64,000 nucleotides of DNA, from the NCBI GenBank assembly GCA_030141605.1, contig JAQGDQ010000083.1:496001-560000 (forward strand), read 5' to 3'. Position 1 is the first letter of the stretch; each line of letters begins with the position of its first letter. A program made the translations under genes and the position numbers. The DNA is from Tubiluchus corallicola (lineage: Eukaryota > Animalia > Priapulida). Shown here piece by piece: positions 54,025 through 64,000 of this stretch. The notes under the pieces are model-generated. The model was not told the DNA's origin. It saw only the letters and a list, made by a program, of their open reading frames with translations, and did no database searches.

Positions 54025-54545
54025 ATCATCTTAAAGCACAAGCGCTTTTATTTAAACGCCAAATTGATCGACATAAGCCAAAAATATAAATATCTTGGCG
54101 TTGATTTCTATGCATCATCAACATTTTCTAACAGTATCCTCATATTGAAAGATGAAGATCAAAAGGCCATGTGCGGAAACTCCTATAATATAATGTGCCT
54201 ATTGACTTGGCCAGCAAAATATATAGTTCCTTTGTTTGGTCCATTATCACATATGGAGCCGAAGTTTGAGGCCCCGCAGCTTTTAATACTGAAAATTCAT
54301 TTATTCATGATACTCTCCAAGCTGATTTCGACAAATTATAAAGTGAACTTGTTCAGTTAAAATATTGTAAACAAGTGTTACATGCACATTCGTAAGCTAA
54401 GATAGTAGCTAGAGCAGAAATGGGTATATACACAACTTTTGTCTTTATACTAAATTTAGTTGTAAACTATTGGCTACATAAACTGGAAATACCTGGCAAT
54501 AGCCTAATTTACAATGCATATTTTGACTGTAAGCAAAGAAATAAC
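54025..54545 (+). mobile_element. Non-LTR retrotransposon RT C-terminal remnant (RTEX-like)
   Basis: Translation YKYLGVDF...KAM / IITYGAEV*G...ELVQLKYCKQVL...RAEMG...VNYWL...NSLIYNAY, with frameshifts and stops. Confidence 0.7.
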
Positions 54546-54941
54546 GAAAATGTATTCTTACTATTGCTGTTTTTTATGTGGTATTAATGTGCTTTTTGAT
54601 ATCATTGTGCTATGGTTATTGTGCTATCGTTAGTATTGTGTTTTTTTGTTGGTATTTTCGTTCTTGCTACGTTTGAGCCTCTCCATCATATGTACATGAT
54701 CAATGTTTTTGCTCTTTATGTTGTATGTTCTATGATGTATAATTCACGATTTTAAAAATAAAACATTACAATTCCAAGCACGTCTGTAAGGCATGTAATA
54801 TGTAGCTGCAGGACCTAGAAGTCTGTAACTACTGAAGCAGGCCTACTATTTCAGAAAACAGAAAACATTCACACGTAAAGCAGCAGTATGTGAGCGTGCG
54901 GCGGTCTTCTGTTTTATTTTAAGTGCTCTGAATAGTTAACC

Positions 54942-56027
54942 ATGATAATTTGTCGATTAAAAAAATGCATTTTTCGCCGCATTTGTATCTTTGTGCTTTT
55001 CCGCGCCATCATTACTTACGCAAGGTACGGGAATAAATGGCAAAAGTTTAATGATGGCTCAAAACAATCAAGTTCAAGCCACACAAGCACAATAGCTTCT
55101 ATATTGGCCACATTCAAGCCAGGTGCCGCCACACAGGACGAGCCGTTCCTCCTGGAGATTGCCGTTTTGACGATGAATAGACCTTGGTCATTGGAGAGAC
55201 TACTAAAGGCATTGGTCGCTGCAGAATATGATGGAGATGTAGTGCAATTAAAGATCTGTGTTGATAGGAAAAAGGAAATATCAAACGAAACCGTTGCTAT
55301 TGCTAAAAAATTCGAGTGGCCTTATGGTAGAAAGGAAGTGGTAGTTAATGACCGCAATAAAGGGATTCATATGCAGTGGTTTACTTGTTACATACCTTCA
55401 GAAGAACAAGGGTATTATGGCATTATATTCGAAGATGATCAAGCACCGTCTAGGTTTTACTACAGGTGGTTAAAAGCCGCCCTCCTCTTCTACAAGGATG
55501 ACCCGGAAGTGGGTGCTGTAACACTCATGATCGGAGGCAATGTTGGAAGAACGGACAGAGGTCGTGCTCAAATCGAAATGCCGCTGTGTTCAAAATGTAA
55601 TGACACAGTTTACCTAAACCCACTTGTCGGACCATGGGGTTTAGCTCCTATGCCTCATGTGTGGACGAAATTTCTCCAGTGGGCATTTGCGAAATTGAGG
55701 GACTCCTCATTTCGCCCGTACATTCCAGGCGAAAAGGATCTCCTGTTAAACAAATGGACTAGAATGGAAGGACTGACAGTTGCCCAAGAGACATACACAG
55801 GTTATTACTTTAGTGAAAATCATATCTACACACTTTATAATAACATCTGCCGAAAAAACGAAACTTTGATTAGTAATTTTTGCGAAATTGGAGTGCATAT
55901 AAGTAAATCAACTAAAAAAATGCGAAGTGTGCGGGTAAACTCCTTGACATCTGGAATGATACATACACAGCGTTTCCAAAAAAGCCCAAAAAACTCAACT
56001 GGGATGCAGATATTTATAAATGATTAA
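54942..56027 (+). CDS. GT-A-fold glycosyltransferase (GT2-like, uncharacterised family), probable type II membrane protein; single coding exon, 361 aa
   Basis: Basic plus hydrophobic N-terminus and Ser/Thr stem. Motifs IAVLTMNRPWSLERLLKAL, FEWPYGRK, NKGIHMQW, IIFEDD..PS.FYYRW, GPWG..P..W..F..W, EIGVH. Good start context (aaccATG) with an acceptor-like ttctgttttattttaag just upstream. Confidence 0.88.
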   Translation: MIICRLKKCIFRRICIFVLFRAIITYARYGNKWQKFNDGSKQSSSSHTSTIASILATFKPGAATQDEPFLLEIAVLTMNRPWSLERLLKALVAAEYDGDVVQLKICVDRKKEISNETVAIAKKFEWPYGRKEVVVNDRNKGIHMQWFTCYIPSEEQGYYGIIFEDDQAPSRFYYRWLKAALLFYKDDPEVGAVTLMIGGNVGRTDRGRAQIEMPLCSKCNDTVYLNPLVGPWGLAPMPHVWTKFLQWAFAKLRDSSFRPYIPGEKDLLLNKWTRMEGLTVAQETYTGYYFSENHIYTLYNNICRKNETLISNFCEIGVHISKSTKKMRSVRVNSLTSGMIHTQRFQKSPKNSTGMQIFIND

Positions 56028-56134
56028 AGTGCTAAAGTCAGTAAAGAAAAAGAAACGTATTTTCATCTAGACACGAAATTTCACGAATTTGACTAAAATT
56101 AATCAAGATCAATACCTTATACCTTAAGTTTATC

Positions 56135-56480
56135 TTAAACTAACTAATAATGTATTCAGGTGATGTTAAAATCATGGTATTTAAGAGTTACTGCTGCAAC
56201 GTTTACTGTAGGTGTTTATGGACTAATTACAGTATTGGTGTGATAAATAGACTGCGCACTGCACACAACAATGGTATGAGAAAACTGTTTCGTTTAAAAT
56301 ACGATTGCAGTGCTTGTAGTATGTGTGTGAACTTATCTCTTTCTCATTTTAATCATATTCGCATAAGATCATGTTATAGCGTTTGAAATAGGTTATTAAT
56401 GTACACTGGCAATAGTATTATAACTCACGTAGATTTGTTAAATCTTGTGAAATGGAACGAATTGTTACATAATTAGCTTC
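56135..56480 (+). mobile_element. LINE RT C-terminal remnant (CR1/L2 group)
   Basis: Translation VKIMVFKSYCCNVYCRCLW...LRTAHNNGMRKL...CSACSM...NRL. This fits the 'KxxLFKSYC..Y...LW...A.NN..R.L...SAS.M' pattern at the end of LINE ORF2. Confidence 0.75.
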
Positions 56481-56603
56481 TAAAATTGATTTCGCTTTGA
56501 ATTTACTGACCCTGTATATGTATATATGTATATGTATTATATATATATACATTTACTCTTGTAATTTTTTGTTTCATTGTATTTTATTTCATTTTCATTA
56601 AGA

Positions 56604-56865
56604 TTTTTTTCGTCGAGTTATTTATCTTTAATCTTATTTATTCTCCGCCACTTTAACGCTTGTGAGCCTTGCAAGCTAAGATCACCAATCTCACAGGATT
56701 GGTAGCCCTGGGCGGGAGACGATCAACAGTGTGGTGACTGACTGGCCAAATGGGGGATGACAGTGGGCGTCGGTCAGTTTTTAGCGGCATTAATCGTTAA
56801 AGGTGCGGAGAATAAATAATTTTAAATAAATAAATAAATAAATAATAAATAACTCGATGAAAAAC
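56604..56865. mobile_element. Fold-back MITE (~260 bp)
   Basis: Nested inverted repeats tttttcgtcgagttatttat / ataaataactcgatgaaaaa and ttattctccgccactttaacg / cgttaaaggtgcggagaataa. taagatttt occurs on both flanks (possible 9-bp target duplication). Confidence 0.65.
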
Positions 56866-57472
56866 AGTAAGATTTTGCTGTGGCAAAATCTTAAATTACT
56901 TTACAATTACTTTCTCGTAAGAACCAACACAGAGACAGTTCAGCTCCGAAATGTTAACAACTGCATAAAACTTGAAACATGGTTCTGGTGTGCTAGAAGT
57001 GGTGGCGATGGTGGTATAGGTGAAGATGATGCTGATGATGACAGTATGTTCGCTGTTGCATGATCGTTATTGATGACTATACGCTTATCGCTACTACGCT
57101 GCTGCTGCTGCTACTGCTACTGCTGCTGCTGCTGCTACTGCTGCTGGAAACGACGAAGCCAACCATGACAACTTTGACGATGGTGGTGATAACGACAACG
57201 ACGGCGAGATTTGAGATCATAACAATCACATTAGCTTAAAAATAAGATGGTGCTTTTTTGAGATTTGGCATGGCCATAAGCGTAAAAGAAGTCAAAATGC
57301 CCAGCCCATTGAGTCTCAATAAATTCTTTATTACTAATTAATAATTGCAATGTATTTTTAATTTAATTTTTAATACAGCTTTTTATGTATTTTCTATACT
57401 TTATTTTAATGATACTGCATACCTTCATCTGCATGTAGTTTTACCTGTAATTTTCGTTATTATCACTCTGTA

Positions 57473-57507
57473 CAGCTGATGAAGTCCGTGAGTTACGAAA
57501 GCTACTG
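57473..57507 (+). ncRNA. Minimal type-I hammerhead ribozyme motif (intact core) in a Penelope-like repeat
   Basis: cag-CUGAUGA-a-guccgugaguuac-GAAA-gc-UA-cug. The downstream aagaattttttgagactc has an inverted partial copy at ~57310-57328. Confidence 0.65.
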
Positions 57508-58037
57508 AGAAAATTAAGAATTTTTTGAGACTCCAGAGGCACTTTGGCTTTTATGGTTATGACAACCATAACAATGGCAATATCTCCGTCCATTGTCGCT
57601 CGCTGATGATGAGGATGTCGCCATGATAAACATTAATCGTAGTCACAAACAACAGGAATATGGTGAAAAGTAAATAAGCAAGTGTGGTTCTGGTACTGCT
57701 GTAATTGAAGGCGGTAAATGATGGGGCACTTCAGTTAAAAATAATGTTGATTAGGTCAATTTTTTTATTAAAATTGGATAAAGCCCTTAATTTTTTGCAA
57801 GAACATTGTGTACTTGGTCGTACAGTATTATTGTGTATTTAATATCCTGTGTATTATCAATACAGATACTGATAGGCAGGTATTATTGCAGGAGCAATCC
57901 CAAGAACAGAGACGAGAAAGGACTTCAGTTTTTTAAAATTTTGGATAATTTTTTTCTCAAACACGTGCCTACGAAACGAGCTCAATCATCTTCAGAGGTG
58001 CCAGCATCGTCAGACTAACACAGTAACTGTTCTAGTC

Positions 58038-58398
58038 AATAAGTCTTTTCAGAGTTCCAGCGATTGATGATGATCGTGAAAAGGTCAAAGGTTAAAAATG
58101 TTAGAAACGCATTTGTGTGCACTTGACAACGCCTCGCTGTCCAAGCTACTGTAATGGTAACAGTTTTAACAGCTAGCTAAAACCCAATCCTGCTAGTAAA
58201 TTACTCTAAACACAGACTAATGCATAATTAAGTAAAATTCGGTAAAATAACTGAAGTTTCTGAACAGATGCGGCAGACGGCTTTGGTTTACTCACATATC
58301 ACGTGACGTTTGTAGTTAAGACGCATTACTGTGGTACACTTAACCTTTGACCTAGAGCAACTGCGCGTGCGCATAGCTTAACTGTGAAAAGGCTTATT
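58038..58398 (+). mobile_element. MITE family A, copy 3
   Basis: TIRs aataagtcttttcagagttcc / aactgtgaaaaggcttatt. Collinear with 37301-37693. Confidence 0.78.
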
Positions 58399-59544
58399 CT
58401 CAGTAAAGTGAAGCTGAATTACTGAATTTGCTCTCATGAATTTAGTAGTAATATTGTAGTTACTTTTTTCACTCTTTTTTACTTTTTGTGGCAAATTTTG
58501 ATGTATATTGTTTTCTTCGTGGGAGGGGGCAGCTCAGGGAGCTTCAAACTCTAGTTGCGCCAGTGTAGTGACACTAATGATGACATTGATGCATACTCTG
58601 TAACAAATTATGCTCTCAAAGGCAATGTAGTGAATTACTTCACACGCCTAATTCTTTTTAGCTCGTAATGAGGGAATGTGCTGACAGCAGCAAACTTAAT
58701 TATTAGAAAATGACGAATGACGTCTGCATTGTCTGACAGAAACGTGATGTAAAACGTCTAAAGTACGAAGGGCACGTTAGTAGGGCAGCAGGGCTCTACA
58801 GTCAAAGGTTTTTCTTATTTTCTACATATAGAACAGATAATTTTTATACGGATGTACATAAAAATGCATATTATACAATATTTCCGTTATGGTCCATGCG
58901 TGAATTGCGTAAAATTCACATTAGTAGCAATACACTGAAATTACATGAAATGTATAAATTAAAAAACCTAAGCATTAAAAACTAAGAACTTTAAATCGCC
59001 AAGAGGTATTACAAAATGAATACAATAAAAGGCATAAAAGTCCTTTAACTTTATTATTACAAAATGACGAAGTGATAATGGCGAAAATGACGAAAATTAT
59101 GATAATAAAGCCAGAAACTTGAAAAAATTTAAGTACTAAAAACCAGTTAAAATTTATTTGCTGAAATTTGCAGAACTAGATTGGTAAAACGACATTTTAG
59201 ATAATAAGTATCAACAACCAAAAGTTAAAATACTAATAAAAGACACCCCATCAAGAAAATTTAAAACGCTTAAAATTATCTTTGCTAAACAAGACATGAT
59301 TACGAATAAAACCACATAAGATCGATAGCGACTGAAGAATTAAATTAGTATGATAAGCTCTAAAAGTTATTAAGGTTTCAAAAATGAAACAGACACAACA
59401 GACTAAAAAGTGATTTAATTTAAAATTTTAGTAAGCAATGTTTTTTAACTTTTCACAGTTGTATCTACATTACTAAACAGCTGCTCGTCAGAGTATGAGA
59501 GTCTGGATTTCTCATAATCAGTTTTTCCTTTTTGCAAACTTACC

Positions 59545-60498
59545 TGCCCGCTCAATGACTGTCGTGTACTGTACCTCTGTAAGCCATTGTCCGCCCAATG
59601 ACTGTCGTGTACTGTACGTCTGTAAGCCATTGTCTGCCCAATGACTGTCGAGTACTGTACTACGTCTGTAAGCCATTGTCCGCTCAACGACTGTCGAGTA
59701 CTCTACGTCTTTAGCCATTGTCCGCCCAATGACTGTTGTGTATTGTACGTCTGTAAGCCATTGTCCGCCCAATGACTGTCATGTACTGCACCTCTGTAAG
59801 CCATTGTCCGCCCAATGACTGTCGTGAACTATACGTCAGTAAGCCATTGTCTGCCCAATGACTGTCGTGTACTGTACGTCTGTAAGCCATTGTCGGCCAA
59901 ATGTCTTTCGTGTACTGTGCGTCTGTAAGCCATTGTCCACCCAATGACTGTCGAGTACTGTACGTCTGTAAGCCATTGTCCACCCAATGACTGTCGAGTA
60001 CTGTACTACGTCTGTAAGCCATTGTCCGCTCAACGACTGTCGAGTACTCTACGTCTTTAGCCATTGTCCGCCCAATGACTGTTGTGTATTGTACGTCTGT
60101 AAGCCATTGTCCGCCCAATGACTGTCATGTACTGCACCTCTGTAAGCCATTGTCCGCCCAATGACTGTCGTGAACTATACGTCAGTAAGCCATTGTCTGC
60201 CCAATGACTGTCGTGTACTGTACGTCTGTAAGCCATTGTCCGCCCAATGACTAGCGTGAACTGTACGTCTGTAAGCCATTGTCTGCCCAATGACTGTCGT
60301 GTACTGGACTTCTGTAAGCCATTGTCCGCCCAATGACTGTCCTGTACTGTACGTCTTTAAGCCTTTGTCTGCCTAATGACTGTCGTTTACTGTACATCTG
60401 TGAGCCTTTGTCTGCCCAATGACTGTCGTGTACTGTACATCTGTAAGCCATTGTCTGCCCAAAGACTGTCGAGTGCTATACATATGTAAGCCATTGTT
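59545..60498. repeat. 43-bp minisatellite, ~22 copies
   Basis: Unit ctgtaagccattgtccgcccaatgactgtcgtgtactgtacgt (aagcc at 59581, 59624 and onward). Confidence 0.97.
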
Positions 60499-63342
60499 GT
60501 CAGTTTAAAATTTTGTTTTACTTTAGTATATATTTGATTACTGACTGCTCGTGTGCTAGCAAAATTTTCCTATATTCAATATATTTTTCAAGTGGAATAA
60601 TTTTGTTTTCTTTAGACTCTGAACTGCATAGCTTGTATTTATTTGCAAAATTATCTTCGCCACTCGATTCTGTTGGGTGATTGTTTTTTCATGTGAAGCT
60701 TTCTCTCTGCATTTCTCTTTGCTGCTTGTAAATACAGAATTGGGAACTCAAGAAGCCAATTATAAATTCGATGATGCATGAAAATAAAAAAATCAATAAT
60801 GTTGCTAATTAAATATTTTGATTTATAATGCAACATTTTGGTAAAAGATAATTTACGTGACCCACGGGGATTACATATTGGCTACTTAATTAAGCGTGTG
60901 CTGTACACAGCTAACGTAACTCCAGGCTTTGTCCTCGACCAATTGATTGATATGGGAGGAATATTGCTACAAATACTATAAATTGCATTCAGAGGCACGT
61001 TGCTTTCTTATTACCAATTCTATTGAATATTGCTGCACGGTGGTACTTATAATAATAATAGAATATAATAAGTGCAATATAATAATAGTTAGCTAAATCG
61101 ATTTCACAATTAGCTAATAATATCTCGAAATTTTCAAAACTGGTCATAAATCTTGCTTCATTATCCATAGTTTATTACAGCAGTTTATTAAATCAACTTT
61201 TCGCTTTGCTGTTAGTTTAAGTTCAAGTTTTAAGTTTTTTCACACCATATGAAAAGTAAATAATATACTATTTTGATGACCAACCAGCCAACTTACGCTA
61301 TAAATGTATTTTTATTATTACTGTTGTTACTAAAATGTTGTGTTTATGCTGGTCACGTATGTAAGTTTAATCACCATCTGCTGATTGTAATTGAGACAAT
61401 TGTTTTATCCAATAGAGTGAGATATTTATTAGTCGTGATGCCCAATGTTCTTTTATTAGCACTTTGCACTCAGCACTAAATCTTGCACTGTGGAGATACC
61501 TGTATCTCTTTTGTAAATCCACTATAAATAAATAAAGTTTTAACTAATCTCTCACATGCAATTTGCTCACCCGATATTTTGCAAATATCTGCAGTTTTTT
61601 AAATACACACATAAGTAACAATTGTTACAACTGCGAAGAGAGGATTACATAAGTCTCATTCCATTCGAACAACTTATCTTTGAACATATTTAGTCGGTGC
61701 AAAGAAGCCTTAACTTATGAATCAATATTTAATCTTAACGATGCCACTTGTGGATCAAATTTGTCACGCGATGTCTCCCTAAATATGTTCGTTCAGGTGG
61801 TTCTGAACTTCTGACCTGATTATAAAAAAGGATTTTACAATATATCGCAAAAGACGGGATTCTAGCTGTCAGTAACGGTCACCAAATCTGTGGCAGCACT
61901 CGAGTAAGTGCCCTTAATGGCATTTTATGAAATAATACTGCATTAATTTTATATATTCTTGCAATAATTAAACTGACAATGTGACATAAAACGTGAGACG
62001 TTAATGGCGTCTTACGTGGAGAATCACCGGTCTGTGTCGTAAATGCATCGTTTCTGCCTGCGTTTATTATCGACAGGTACAAATGGATTTTCTCTGTAGA
62101 AATAATCGCACCTGTATCATTTGTCTCAGCGCAATGAACTGGAATAAAGTCTCAGCACAGAAGAATGTTAAAAGAATAAGCGATTGCAGAGCATTTTCAT
62201 AGGTCGTCTAGAAAAACACATTAAAGGCTTGAAAAAATTGTCGAATATGTCGAATAAGAATAACAGCGACAGCGACAACGACAACGGCAAAAATAATAAC
62301 TAGTTTCTCATTTTCACTCTAATATGACAGCTGATTGATAAATTGCCTAGAACACATGGCTGGGTGTTCTTATAACAGCGACTTCTAGAGATTCGTCGTT
62401 GTCTTACTATGTCATACTAACTGTCTGTAATCACAAAATTTCTTAGTGCGAATATCATACGTACAGCTATCATCGTTTTTTAAAGTTTGAATAGACTTCC
62501 CAGTAATTAACGTTAGAAATACTGTTCAACGTTTAACATTATTTATAAATTTATGGATTGTTTTGTATGTATGTTTTTTTTCAATTCGCGACGTGTCATA
62601 ACTCTGTTCACATTTACACAGTATAAGCAGGCATCATTTATTAAAATATTTAATTATTCAGAAAGCAGTTTTAGGGAATTATTGGTTTAACAAAATTTTG
62701 TTTTGTGACGAAAGTTTCGTTTAAACATAATTGAAAATGTTACGTTTTGTTAGACAAAATCTTTATGAGCGGTACAATTTCGCCAGCTCTCACAAACTGA
62801 CAGATAAGTATTAATGTTGCATTTAGGAAATTTTTAAATATTTGACTTTCAGGGTACTGTCTCTAACTGAGAAATCTGACCAACAACCAAATGTCCATGT
62901 TTGACAATAATTATAAAGAATTAGGAGCAGGATGACAATAATGACGACGATGATGAAAGATGACGATGATCATGATGATGATGATGATGACCATAATGAT
63001 GACGGTTGTGATGACGGCGATGATGACAAACTATAATGAAGATGATAACGATTCATGCTTACCGTTATTTTCATGTGAAATGACGTGCAGCATCATAAAG
63101 GCAAGTCACATATCAGCATCGTAAAATAACGACAGCTTGACAAGGGACGTAAACAAGGATAGATTGAGAATAATGATGCGATAATGAGCTAGTAGGTGTC
63201 AGAATGATAATAATGGTGGTGCTATTTGCAGAAAAGCAATGCCTGGCTATTACGTTATTACACCTTACATTATCTACACTATAATGAAACGAATTTTCTG
63301 ACGACGGAATGGGCAAAACCCGTTGTCTATTTTGCTTTGCAA

Positions 63343-63346
63343 TTTG

Positions 63347-63378
<32 letters not shown>

Positions 63379-63407
63379 GTTTTTGTTGTTGTTGTTGTTG
63401 TTGTTGG

Positions 63408-63457
<50 letters not shown>

Positions 63458-63646
63458 TTGTTGTGGTTGTGGTTGTGGTGGTGGTTGTTGGTTGTTGGTT
63501 GTTGTTGGTTGTTGTGGTTGTGGTTGTGGTTGTTGGTTGTTGGTTGTTGGTTGTTGGTTGTTGTTGGTTGTTGTGGTTGTGGTTGTGGTGGTGGTTGTGG
63601 TGGTGGTGGTGGTGGCTGCTGCTGCTGCTGCTGTTGTTGTTGTTGA
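63343..63646. repeat. Compound (GTT)/(GTC)/(GGT)/(GCT) microsatellite
   Basis: Seen directly. Confidence 0.96.
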
Positions 63647-64000
63647 ACGTTTTCCTAGGTTTTTCTTTTAATTCTTCTTTGTTTATCCTCTAATTATTTC
63701 TTCTTTTCTCCTTCTTCTCCTTCTCCTGCATATTCTCCTCATCGTCCTCTTCTCTGCTTACTGTCTTTCTAAATATTGTCGTCATCTACATTGTCATAAT
63801 CATTGTGCTCTTTCTGGATTGCTTTTTCGTTCGTTTCCTTTCTTGGTGGTTTGAGATGGTGGGTCTTGAATATTACGTAATACTGATTGATTTTCCTGTG
63901 GGGTGTATGTTGACAGAGAACTACATCACATTGATGACTGTGCCTTGCTTCTGTGACTATGTTGAGTAACATAGTTTCAGAAACTTTTGTAGTTTGTAGA

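Noticed and set aside
57960-58015. ctgaaga/ctgacga (minus strand) near cgaaacg (plus strand) as another hammerhead
   Set aside because: The core halves are on opposite strands, so no valid hammerhead folds.
59545-60498. Possible CRISPR array or repeat-protein ORFs
   Set aside because: The units are contiguous 43-mers with no unique spacers, there are no cas genes, and the context is eukaryotic. The period is not a multiple of 3, so the ORFs are artefacts.

Overview
This is AT-rich, repeat-dense eukaryotic DNA, most likely from an invertebrate animal (inferred from the GPCR type and the transposon spectrum). I see only two intact protein-coding genes, both with uninterrupted ORFs. One is a rhodopsin-class peptide-receptor-like GPCR (2945-4267, minus; FMRFamide-receptor/Srw-like clade, apparent signal peptide). 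The other is a GT-A-fold glycosyltransferase (54942-56027, plus) resembling an uncharacterised plant/fungal/algal family. The rest is mostly decayed mobile elements: a hAT transposase pseudogene, Tigger and THAP fragments, CR1/L2/RTEX-type LINE ends, a Penelope GIY-YIG remnant, Kolobok-type (TTAA) and Harbinger-type MITE families, Helentron/HINE elements, and tRNA- and 5S-derived fragments. There are also many micro- and minisatellites. The most interesting signals not explained by the ORF track are several minimal type-I hammerhead ribozyme motifs in Penelope-like terminal repeats (some in inverted pairs), the glycosyltransferase itself, a three-level nested insertion, and a 43-bp satellite with an 8-monomer higher-order period. 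There is no CRISPR array or prokaryotic system. All family assignments come from reading motifs by eye, not from database searches.
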